From: a virus
Virus record (IMG/VR): IMGVR_UViG_3300042975_000098
Length of the DNA: 64,000 nt
Strand: one strand, 5' to 3'
A model generated the notes under the pieces. The model was not told the DNA's origin, made no database searches, and worked only from the letters and a program-made list of their open reading frames with translations. The number at the start of each line of letters is the position of its first letter. Within the stretch, counting starts at the first letter, position 1. Both the position numbers and the translations under genes were made by a program. Positions 46,215 to 55,169 of this stretch are shown here, in pieces.

Positions 46215-48872
46215 ATGAAGCTGATGCTGAAACTTGACGGTGATGACGGGCACATGCTCATGACCACCGATTTCGATGCCGCGGAGCATGGCGTGCGCGA
46301 CGTGCCGACCTGCTCCGAGCGGTTCATGTTCGGGGATATGCGGTCCTACCGTTTCGAGTCTTCCCCTACGGTGGCGGTGGCGCTCCGCTGGTTCCTCATG
46401 CGGCTCCCCGCCGATGTGACCAGGGCGATCGACGCCGATGTGAAGGCGCTCATGCGGGACATGGAATCCCGTGCGACCCCCGTGGTCGTCGGGTTCGACG
46501 GGGAGAAGCAGCGCCCACTGCTCGCCGCGCCGCATTGCGAGCCGTTCGCGTCGATGGCGCGCAAGTGCAAGGGGTTCCTCCGCTCCGATGGCGTCTGGTC
46601 GATGCCGTTCACCAGCGGGCAGGACATCGTGGCCTACGCGCGCATCATCGCGAGGGCGGGCATGGCCGTGACCATCGACCCGGCGTTGACGGCCGTGCTC
46701 ACGGAATCGCTCCCCGCCCCGTTCGACGGCACGCTGGACTCGCTGATCGGCATGCCCACGAGCGTGCTGCGCGTGGTGCGCGGCAACATCCAGAACCGCG
46801 CGATGATCGCCGCCGATTCGTCGTCGATCGAGGCCAAGCTCACGGCGATGGGCATCCGCGACCTCCATGACCTCATCCTCCACCAGCCGAAGAACTACAT
46901 CAACCGCTCCGATCCGAGCCGCATAGCCGATCTCATCCCCGGGGAGAACGCCACGATCGTCGGCGTGGTCCGCGAGGTGTCCTCCCCGTCCACCCGCCTG
47001 ACCGTGGTCCGCCTCATCGACGCGCGCGGCGACGGCATCGACTGCACGTTCTTCAACGCGAACTGGATGCGCAACGAGTACCGGCCGGGCGATGAGGTCA
47101 TGGCCACGGGGCCGTTCCAGATCAAGGATTTCCATGGCCACCAGTACCCGCAGCTTTCCCAGCCGACGCTCGACTTCATCGATGGAGGCGCGGTGCTGCC
47201 GATCGTTCCCGCGTACTCGGGGTCGACGTCGCTGAACAGCCAGACGATACTGCGATGCGAGCAGGAGCTCATGTCGCGCATCGGCGATGACGATCTGCGC
47301 GCCCCGTTCGAGGACGGCATGATCGCCAGGCGGCGCGTCTCGGACATGCGGTACGGTCAGGCGGTGCGGCTCCTCCACTTCCCGCGGACCATGGATGACG
47401 TCCACGCCGCGGGCGACGTCATGGCGTTCATCGAGCTGGAACGGCTCATGACGTTCATCCTCGCCGACCGCGGGCTCTCGACCGCTCGCTCCGGCGTCGC
47501 GCAGCCGTCCGCCGGCGATTTCGACCGCGCGTACGCGCAGTCGCTCCCCTATGACCTCACGGGCGCGCAGCAACGGGCCGTGAGCGGCATCGCCGAGGCG
47601 ATGGCCTCGCCGAGGCGCATGCACGCGCTGCTCGTCGGCGACGTCGGCAGCGGCAAGACCACGGTGATGCACATGGCAGCGCTGAACGCCGTGGAGGCCG
47701 GTCACCAGGCGGCCGTGGTCGCGCCGACATCCATTCTCGCCGACCAGTTGTACGAGGTGTTCGTCCGGCAGCTTCACCGCATGCCCGCGAACGTCCGCGA
47801 TCGCATCCACCCGGCGCTTCACTCCTCGTACCATGGCCGTGGGGCCGCGGCGCGCCGCCGGGCGACGCTCGCCGGCATCGCCGACGGTTCCATCAACATC
47901 GTCTTCGGCACCCATTCCCTGCTGTCCGTGGGGTTCCATGACCTCACGTTCATCGGCGTGGACGAGCAGCACAAGTTCGGCGCGGTGCAGCGGGACAGTC
48001 TGCTCTCGGCCCGTGAGGACGGTTCGGTGCCGGACATGCTCATGCAGACGGCGACGCCGATACCCCGTTCCATGGCGCAGGTGGTGTACGGCGAGGTGTC
48101 GTACATAGCGCTGGACGAGATGCCGGCCGGCCGTCAGCCCATCGTGACGAAGTGGGTGCGCCGCAAGGGGCAGCAGGTGCTTGATGACATCGAAAGCCCG
48201 ATATGGCGTGACGTGAAGTCGGAGGCGGTCGCGGGGCATGGCGTGTTCGTCGTGTGCCCGATGGTGAACGACAGCGAGAAGATAGCGGCCGCCGGCGTTC
48301 GTCGCACGCTGGCCCGGCTGCGATCGCTCATGGGGCCGAACGTGAGCGTGGAGGCCGTGTACGGCGGTCAGGCGAAGGACAAGCAGGACGCGATCATCGA
48401 GGGGTTCAAGGATGGCCGGGTGAGCGTGCTCGTCGCCAGTTCCGTGGTCGAGGTCGGCGTGTCGTGCGATCTCGCCACGCGCATGGTCGTGCTCGACGCG
48501 GACAGGTTCGGCATCGCCTCGCTTCATCAGATACGCGGTCGCATCGGCCGCGGAGGTCTGCCGGCGACGTGCTGGCTCGTGGCCATGCCGTTCACGCAGC
48601 CGGGGATACGGCGCCTGACCGCGCTGGTGGACACTCTTGACGGCTGGAAGCTCTCGAAGGCCGATCTGCGGACGCGCGGCGCCGGCTCGCTGTTCGGCAC
48701 CCGGCAGCATGGCCGTTCCGACCTTCGGTTCGCCGATCTCATCGTCCACGCGAAGTGGATAGAGCCGGCGCGCGAGGAGGCGCGGGCCGCGTTGTCCGGC
48801 CCGGATGGCGATCGCCGGCTGGAGGAGGCGAAACGCTACTTCCACGTCGGCGATGACGGCATGCTGTCATGA
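46215..48872 (+). CDS. recG: RecG-like ATP-dependent DNA helicase
   Basis: OB wedge, LTGAQ, GDVGSGKT, DEQHKFG, TATPIPR, LHQIRGRIGRG. Confidence 0.92.
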   Translation: MKLMLKLDGDDGHMLMTTDFDAAEHGVRDVPTCSERFMFGDMRSYRFESSPTVAVALRWFLMRLPADVTRAIDADVKALMRDMESRATPVVVGFDGEKQRPLLAAPHCEPFASMARKCKGFLRSDGVWSMPFTSGQDIVAYARIIARAGMAVTIDPALTAVLTESLPAPFDGTLDSLIGMPTSVLRVVRGNIQNRAMIAADSSSIEAKLTAMGIRDLHDLILHQPKNYINRSDPSRIADLIPGENATIVGVVREVSSPSTRLTVVRLIDARGDGIDCTFFNANWMRNEYRPGDEVMATGPFQIKDFHGHQYPQLSQPTLDFIDGGAVLPIVPAYSGSTSLNSQTILRCEQELMSRIGDDDLRAPFEDGMIARRRVSDMRYGQAVRLLHFPRTMDDVHAAGDVMAFIELERLMTFILADRGLSTARSGVAQPSAGDFDRAYAQSLPYDLTGAQQRAVSGIAEAMASPRRMHALLVGDVGSGKTTVMHMAALNAVEAGHQAAVVAPTSILADQLYEVFVRQLHRMPANVRDRIHPALHSSYHGRGAAARRRATLAGIADGSINIVFGTHSLLSVGFHDLTFIGVDEQHKFGAVQRDSLLSAREDGSVPDMLMQTATPIPRSMAQVVYGEVSYIALDEMPAGRQPIVTKWVRRKGQQVLDDIESPIWRDVKSEAVAGHGVFVVCPMVNDSEKIAAAGVRRTLARLRSLMGPNVSVEAVYGGQAKDKQDAIIEGFKDGRVSVLVASSVVEVGVSCDLATRMVVLDADRFGIASLHQIRGRIGRGGLPATCWLVAMPFTQPGIRRLTALVDTLDGWKLSKADLRTRGAGSLFGTRQHGRSDLRFADLIVHAKWIEPAREEARAALSGPDGDRRLEEAKRYFHVGDDGMLS

Positions 48873-48947
48873 TCCGTGATATCTTAGAGGTGATATAGGT
48901 TCATTCGAGGGGAGGTCAGCGCGAGACCACGGGCCGCGCGCGTCATT

Positions 48948-49796
48948 ATGAAACACGCCAGATCGGGAAAACCAGTCCATAAGCTAGCCATAGCCGCCTC
49001 GTCGGCGGGCGCCGCCGTCCTCATGTCCCTCGCCTCGTCGGGCGCGCTCGCCGACACCGTTTCAAGCGCCGTGGCCGACCCCGTGTCCGCGCCGGCCGCG
49101 ACCTCCATGACCTCCATGAGGAGGTTCGGCTCGTCGGATCGTCATGCCGTGCCGGCGACGCGCACGCAGTCGATGACGAACGACGGCTACTGGCAGCTTG
49201 GCGATGATCAGGACATCGGCTCCAATCTCATCAGGCAGGCGCAGGAGCAGACGGACAGGATCGCCAAGGATAAGGCGGCCGCCGACGAGGCGGCCCGTCA
49301 GCTTGCGTTGGCCCAGCAGTCGGCGTCGGCGGCCGCGAGCCGTTCAGCGTCGCGCGATGACGAGTCCGCATCGTTGAACGCGAGCCTGTCGGCGAAGCCG
49401 TTCGACATCAACTCGGTCACGGCCGCCCCGCCGCTCTCGGCGGACCAGTCGGCGCGTGGTCAGCAGATCGTCGCGTACGCGCTTCAGTTCGTGGGCAGGC
49501 CGTACGTGTGGGGCGGGACGAGTCCGGTGACCGGCTGGGACTGCTCCGGGTACGTGCAGTACGTGTATCGTAACTTCGGCATCCAGCTTCCCCGGGTCAG
49601 CGGGGATCAGGCAGCGGGCGGCGTTCACGTGGCGCAGTCGGCGGCGCAGCCGGGCGATGTCATAGCGAACGGCGTCCATGCCGCCATCTACATCGGCAAC
49701 GGCATGGTGGTGAACGCGGCGAACCCTTCGGTGGGCACCATCGTGAGTCCGTTGTCATCGTTCCCCGGCTCGTTCACGGTGACTCGCTACTACTGA
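48948..49796 (+). CDS. Secreted NlpC/P60 peptidoglycan hydrolase
   Basis: Signal-like N-terminus; GRPYVWGG...DCSG, HAAIYIGNG. Confidence 0.92.
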   Translation: MKHARSGKPVHKLAIAASSAGAAVLMSLASSGALADTVSSAVADPVSAPAATSMTSMRRFGSSDRHAVPATRTQSMTNDGYWQLGDDQDIGSNLIRQAQEQTDRIAKDKAAADEAARQLALAQQSASAAASRSASRDDESASLNASLSAKPFDINSVTAAPPLSADQSARGQQIVAYALQFVGRPYVWGGTSPVTGWDCSGYVQYVYRNFGIQLPRVSGDQAAGGVHVAQSAAQPGDVIANGVHAAIYIGNGMVVNAANPSVGTIVSPLSSFPGSFTVTRYY

Positions 49797-49819
49797 TCGC
49801 CCGTTCGTTTCCCCGGCGT

Positions 49820-49911
49820 GCTTTCCTTGCGCAGGTGGGGGTTTATCCCCGAAGGCGCGGCCGCTCTTGATGCTTACAGGAAGCTTTCCCCGCGCAGGTG
49901 GGGGTTTATCC
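49820..49911 (+). CRISPR. Orphan two-repeat, one-spacer type I-E-like mini-array
   Basis: GCTTTCC(TT/CC)GCGCAGGTGGGGGTTTATCC at 49820 and 49883, 34-nt spacer; no cas genes in window. Confidence 0.7.
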
Positions 49912-49942
49912 GTGTGCGGTTCACACCTGGTATACTTGATGT

Positions 49943-50386
49943 ATGGAAGAAACCAAACGTGTAGTCACAGGGTCGGCCTCCCGGAACGGGAGCGGCGCCG
50001 CCGGCCGGCAACGCCCCTCGCGTCGCGTTGGCCGGCGGGCCGTCGCCGCCATCGGGAATCGTCATAGCATCGAGGTCGGGCACATAGGATTGACCCGTCT
50101 GGCCATGGTCGCGTTCGTCATGTCCACGGCGTTCTCGTTGACCTTGGTGCTCGCGGGTTCCGCGCTGGCGCTGCTGGCCGACCACGCGGGCATCCTGAAG
50201 CAGTTGAACGCGCTTCTCGGCGGTCTCATGACGATCGACGCGAACTCGCTGATCATGGTGCTCATCGTCATCGGCGTCGGGCTGGTCGTGGTGAACACGC
50301 TCGTCGGCACGCTGACGGGGGTGTTGTACAACATGACGTCGGCGCTCGTCGGCGGCGTTCGACTGGGGGTCGATGATGGCGATTGA
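49943..50386 (+). CDS. DUF3566-like membrane protein
   Basis: Two TM helices and C-terminal LYN..SALVGGVRL, typical of this actinobacterial family; leaderless start. Confidence 0.65.
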   Translation: MEETKRVVTGSASRNGSGAAGRQRPSRRVGRRAVAAIGNRHSIEVGHIGLTRLAMVAFVMSTAFSLTLVLAGSALALLADHAGILKQLNALLGGLMTIDANSLIMVLIVIGVGLVVVNTLVGTLTGVLYNMTSALVGGVRLGVDDGD

Positions 50387-50708
50387 TCTCATGGGGGCCG
50401 ACTCGGCCCCGGTCGCCGACCTGCGGGTCAGGGTGTACGCGTATATCCAGCGCGCCGACGTGGCGTCGTATGAGCGTTGGGTTCATGACAACGCGCCGGC
50501 CGATGACGTGCTGTCCATCTCGGACTTCAACGTCGGCGGCGTCTCCGCGCCCGGCACCGGTCTCATCGAGGTGTCGTTCGTCATCGGACCGCCGGCGGCG
50601 CGGCATGCGGACGGCCGCGCCATGCTGACGTGGATGCGCGACGTGATCGACGCGCACCCGGATCAGAACATCCAGTTCGAGGTGTTCACGAGGACAGGGG
50701 AGGAATGA
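50373..50708 (+). CDS. Hypothetical protein
   Basis: Coding-like GC3; translationally coupled to neighbours. Confidence 0.7.
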   Translation: MMAIDLMGADSAPVADLRVRVYAYIQRADVASYERWVHDNAPADDVLSISDFNVGGVSAPGTGLIEVSFVIGPPAARHADGRAMLTWMRDVIDAHPDQNIQFEVFTRTGEE

Positions 50709-52171
50709 TGGCCACGTTCGTGAAGACGAAGCCGCGCTGGTCGGCGGAGGAGTTCTACGGGTTCGATGACGGGTTCAAGGTCTCCGCGGTGCTCAGTGAC
50801 GGGCAGTGGTATGACGCCGGAAAGATCAAGTCGCTCACCTGCATACGCAAACCAGGCCGCACGAAGGCCATTCTCGACGGTCTGGTCGCCTCCGGTGCCG
50901 CGCTGACGTCGTTCAACGGGGTCGGATCGTCGTACCGCATGACGCTGGACCAGCTTCGCGCATGGCGCGCCGCGCACGGCGTGGGCCTGCGCGAGCAGCT
51001 TATACCCGGCATACTGTACCCGAGGATCTTCGGCTCCGGCGAGGGCATGATGACAGAGGCCGAGCTTTTCCTATCGGTCCCGCTGCGCAAGGTGGGGTTC
51101 TGCACGTTCACCCTGGCCCCGTCCGTGAACATCGATGACGTGAAGCGCGACATCGGGTATCTGGGCAAGTTCCGCGAGGAGGAGTCGCGCAAGGACGATG
51201 GCGCCGAGCCCGATTACGCGGGAGAGACCTACAAGATCTACTGCCTTGCCAGCGATTGCGTCCGCGATAAGCTCCGCGCGTATGAGTCAAGGTTCGGCGA
51301 GCGGGGTTCCGTGTTCGCGAAGGTGAGTTCATTCAACATGGGCCGTCGCCGCGAACTCACGCAGTTCGGCCAGTCGGCCGTGGCGGACCTCATCGGGTTC
51401 TACACGAAGTTCGCGGTCGTTCTCGTGCCGTACCTGCGCAAGACCCTGCAGGCGGTGAACGGGGAGTCCACGTCGCCGAACGCCAAGTTCGTGATGACGG
51501 AGGAGAAGGAATCCGTCATCAAGTCATGGATCATCATCGTCGTCCAGCGTTACGACGAGTCCTCGTGCATACCGTTCAGCGTGTACGTCCAGCAGGTCCT
51601 CCCGAGACTCGCGGCGAGTTACGCGTCGAATGCGATCGGCGGCAACGTGAACAAGTTCCAGATCGAGAAGAACAAGGCGATCAAGAGGATACGGAAGAAC
51701 ACGGGCAACTACGACGCGTCCACGATGTTCGCCGACGACGCGATACTGGAGACCATGCGCGAGTCCGATTACCTCATCGACGGCGCCGAGTACCGTCAGC
51801 TGAACTCGCAGCTGACGACATGGCGCCAGACGAAGCATCCAACGGCCCTGCAATGGGATGAGACGAACGAGGACAAGCGGCTCAAGACGTCCGTCGAGTA
51901 CGTCGGCTCGACCACATCCGCCATCGACGACATCGAACGCAAGCACGTCATCCAGTCCGCGATCGTGCACGCCGGGGTGAGCACCGGTGATTACCATTCG
52001 GCGCTGCTCATGCTGCGCATCGTGTCATCGAGGTCGCTGGCTTCAGCGCTCATGTCCACGGTGGACACGGTGCCGGACGAGTACAAGGAGGCGCTGGCCC
52101 GCGAACTGTCGTCGAACGGCTCGCGCGTCGGCGTCATGATGACCGACGAGGACGATATTGAGTCGGTATGA
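50705..52171 (+). CDS. Hypothetical protein with sigma region 2-like segment
   Basis: VQRYDESSCIPFSVYVQQVL resembles the FD...G..FSTY..W pattern. Confidence 0.6.
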   Translation: MMATFVKTKPRWSAEEFYGFDDGFKVSAVLSDGQWYDAGKIKSLTCIRKPGRTKAILDGLVASGAALTSFNGVGSSYRMTLDQLRAWRAAHGVGLREQLIPGILYPRIFGSGEGMMTEAELFLSVPLRKVGFCTFTLAPSVNIDDVKRDIGYLGKFREEESRKDDGAEPDYAGETYKIYCLASDCVRDKLRAYESRFGERGSVFAKVSSFNMGRRRELTQFGQSAVADLIGFYTKFAVVLVPYLRKTLQAVNGESTSPNAKFVMTEEKESVIKSWIIIVVQRYDESSCIPFSVYVQQVLPRLAASYASNAIGGNVNKFQIEKNKAIKRIRKNTGNYDASTMFADDAILETMRESDYLIDGAEYRQLNSQLTTWRQTKHPTALQWDETNEDKRLKTSVEYVGSTTSAIDDIERKHVIQSAIVHAGVSTGDYHSALLMLRIVSSRSLASALMSTVDTVPDEYKEALARELSSNGSRVGVMMTDEDDIESV

Positions 52172-53358
52172 CGCGCCATCGATATGAGTTCATCTCGGAC
52201 CTCTCGAAGCTTCATCACCTGAAGCTCCTGCGGGACCTGAGCGTGGTGTTCTCCCGCTATCATCTGGAGGCGGTCGACTGGCCGACGCCGTACGAACTGG
52301 CGCGCGAGGGCTACCGCGCCATCGTGTGCCATGACATCGACGGCATGGACGAGTCATGGTCGATAGCGCTGGTGTTCAAGCTCGGCCGCGAACGCAAGGC
52401 GATATGGCATACGGTCGCCCGCGTCGATTACGTGCTGATCGACCCGTCATCGAAGGCGACGTTCGACCGCGTGTCCAACGCGATACGCGCGCTGTACCAG
52501 TACGTGCTCAGACGCAGCAAGGCATCCATCGATGACGTGATGGTGTCGATGGATTCGCAGCTGAACCCCGCCATCGCGTTGAAACTGGAGGACGTTCTCG
52601 CCGCGGAGGGCTTCAAGCAGATGCCGAAATCCGGTTCGTGGTCGAAACGCATACGATCGATCAACAAGGAATCGGGGCGTGACGCGGCGACGGTGCCGCT
52701 GCCTCGCGTGGGCCGTTCGAGCTTCGTGGGCATCCGACCGCTCACGCAGTCCACGATACCGCCGATAGCCGTGTCGCCGGACGAGGTGGTCAGATTCATA
52801 GGCCGCGTGAAGCCGAACAGCAAGCAGCATCGCGCCATCCTCGCGTTCTGCCGATTGCACCCAGACTGGATGGACCCGCCCATCGACCGCAGGCTCACGT
52901 ACATGCAGACGCTGTTCACCCGCGACGGCGGCGACATCGACAAGTACGTCGCCTCGCTGATCGAGGACGCGCATTTCATCGTCGGTCTTGACGGGCACGG
53001 CAGGATATCGTCGTTCATGGCCGTCATCATCGGCTACAGCGCGCCATCGCTGTTCTCCGAGGGCGAGTACGTGGCGCCCGATCATGTGGTGTTCGTCCCC
53101 ACGGTCGTATGCGACTCCAAGGGCGGCGGCCGATGGACGCGCGAGGGACTCAACCAGGCGCTCGCCGCATACAAGATGCTCATCCGCGTGCTCGGCCTAC
53201 GCGAGAACAAAGGCCGTTTCGACATCATCGGGTCCCTGGTCGCCTCGCGTGACATCCACGCCAATCTTCTCGACGCGCTCGGCTTCGGCAAGCGGTCGTC
53301 GTTCTCGAACGCGCCGGATTACCCGTTCACCTCGGACTTCTACGCGCTTCGTATCTGA
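52168..53358 (+). CDS. Hypothetical protein
   Basis: Long ORF with ATGA overlap. Confidence 0.75.
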   Translation: MTRHRYEFISDLSKLHHLKLLRDLSVVFSRYHLEAVDWPTPYELAREGYRAIVCHDIDGMDESWSIALVFKLGRERKAIWHTVARVDYVLIDPSSKATFDRVSNAIRALYQYVLRRSKASIDDVMVSMDSQLNPAIALKLEDVLAAEGFKQMPKSGSWSKRIRSINKESGRDAATVPLPRVGRSSFVGIRPLTQSTIPPIAVSPDEVVRFIGRVKPNSKQHRAILAFCRLHPDWMDPPIDRRLTYMQTLFTRDGGDIDKYVASLIEDAHFIVGLDGHGRISSFMAVIIGYSAPSLFSEGEYVAPDHVVFVPTVVCDSKGGGRWTREGLNQALAAYKMLIRVLGLRENKGRFDIIGSLVASRDIHANLLDALGFGKRSSFSNAPDYPFTSDFYALRI

Positions 53359-53378
53359 TCGGTCGATATTCCATCATC

Positions 53379-53945
53379 ATGAGCGATATCGATGATGGGG
53401 TAAGGCTTTCCAGCGATGTGGTCAAGGTCGAGACCGGGTACATGGTCAGGGTCATGCTCGGTCGCTTCCTCGCGCGCCTATGCATGGTCGCGCTGGTGAT
53501 CGCCGGCTTCTACATGCTCTCGATCGTCCCCACCGTCGTCAGGTTCATCCCGACGACGAACATGGGGGTCGTGCTCACGAAGAACACGGACATGCGCATG
53601 GGGGTCATACCGAAGGACTCGGTGGTGTACACGCGCATCGGCACCGACAACGGGCTGCTGGCGACCGTGAACGGGCGGTGGACGCTCGGCGTCGCCCCGC
53701 AGTCGAACGTCAGCATGGTCCGCGTGCTCACCCGCGACGATGGTCGGCTGACCATCGACGCCGACGGGTGGACCAACTGGAACGGGCAGCATGTCAGCCG
53801 CAAAAAGCCCGTGAACATGCCCGCTGGCGGCTGGCTCACGGATTCGTATCTCGTGGAATGCACGGGAGGGGCCTGCCGTCACGGCCAGTTGTACGTGACG
53901 TCGACGGCCGACATCATCGGACAACGAGTGGGAGGATCGAAATGA
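53379..53945 (+). CDS. Membrane-anchored hypothetical protein
   Basis: Single TM; CGATATT-N8-ATG upstream. Confidence 0.7.
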   Translation: MSDIDDGVRLSSDVVKVETGYMVRVMLGRFLARLCMVALVIAGFYMLSIVPTVVRFIPTTNMGVVLTKNTDMRMGVIPKDSVVYTRIGTDNGLLATVNGRWTLGVAPQSNVSMVRVLTRDDGRLTIDADGWTNWNGQHVSRKKPVNMPAGGWLTDSYLVECTGGACRHGQLYVTSTADIIGQRVGGSK

Positions 53946-54184
53946 TCAAGTTCGGAGGGGCGTTCGACAGCACCGAATGGTCCGACAGGGAGCCCCGTAG
54001 GGCCGGGAAGATGAAGGACAGGCACGACCATTCCAAGGCCGTGGACAGCATCGACAAGGCCGAGTCGGGCGGCAACAGGTTCATGGGGCTTCTGCAAGTC
54101 GTTCTCACCCTGATATTCGTAGCGTTGATGATCGGCGGCGTGGGCGCGTTGTTCTACTGGACGTTCACGACGATGATGGCGTAA
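53942..54184 (+). CDS. Small membrane protein
   Basis: GGAGG RBS, ATGA overlap, C-terminal TM. Confidence 0.65.
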   Translation: MIKFGGAFDSTEWSDREPRRAGKMKDRHDHSKAVDSIDKAESGGNRFMGLLQVVLTLIFVALMIGGVGALFYWTFTTMMA

Positions 54185-54194
54185 GGGGGCCGTT

Positions 54195-55169
54195 TTGGAG
54201 CAGAAGAACGATGACGACTTCGGACTCTCGCATCTCGACGAGGAGGTCGCGGACACCCCGGCCGTCGACGATGCGCCGGCATCGGTCCCGGACCACAAGT
54301 GGCGTCGGCGCGCCATGTACATCGTCGGCGGCCTGCTGACGATCGCCGCCATCGGCGGTCTCGCCATGCTGGCGATGGGCGGCGGCGGTCAGAAGACGGT
54401 GAAGCAGAACAGCAGCAGCGTGAGCAACACGATCGGCGGCGGCTCGGACGCCGCGGTCAGCGATACTGAGAGCAGGCTCACGAAGGCCGGCGTGCCGAAG
54501 TTCTATCAGAAGGCGGAGCCGAAGCTCGATGCAAGCGACAAGAAGCAGGCGGCCGCCTACAACGTCGGCTACGCGCCGTCGAACATGTACACGGCGTTCG
54601 CCAGCACGGGCGACGCGACCGGCAATGCGACGAACTCGGATGGCACGCTGAACGGCGATTACTCGTACCTCAACGCGGGCAACGTCACCCAGCAGGTCAT
54701 GGATGACGTCCAGCGCATCATCAACCCGATCTACGGCGAGTGGACCTATCTGCAGAGCCCGTCGAACATGGATCAGTATGACCGGACGGTGGTCGCCAGC
54801 AGGTTCGCCTCCATGTTCACTCGCGACAAGGCGGCCGCGATATCGAATACGGACATCAGCGCCGCCGACATGAGGGGCATTCTGCCGTTGTTCGCAGATT
54901 GGGACGCGAACGCGTATAACGGCGACGGTCTGGGCGCTGGCGACATCGTTGGCGTCGCGCAGGCGCCGCTCACCTGCCAGTTCAACATACGGGGGTCCGA
55001 TGACGATAACGTGTCATGCTCGATACCGGTGAGATATTCATTCATATACGGGGCCGATGAGAAGAAGCAGTCGAAGACCGTCGACAAGACTTTGACGCTT
55101 CGCTACCTGCCGAACTATAACAACGATTCGCCCGACAGGGTGCTTATGTTAGATTCGGTTGAGCAATGA
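54195..55169 (+). CDS. Bitopic membrane protein (possible conjugation component)
   Basis: Acidic N-terminus, single TM, large extracellular domain. Confidence 0.65.
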   Translation: MEQKNDDDFGLSHLDEEVADTPAVDDAPASVPDHKWRRRAMYIVGGLLTIAAIGGLAMLAMGGGGQKTVKQNSSSVSNTIGGGSDAAVSDTESRLTKAGVPKFYQKAEPKLDASDKKQAAAYNVGYAPSNMYTAFASTGDATGNATNSDGTLNGDYSYLNAGNVTQQVMDDVQRIINPIYGEWTYLQSPSNMDQYDRTVVASRFASMFTRDKAAAISNTDISAADMRGILPLFADWDANAYNGDGLGAGDIVGVAQAPLTCQFNIRGSDDDNVSCSIPVRYSFIYGADEKKQSKTVDKTLTLRYLPNYNNDSPDRVLMLDSVEQ

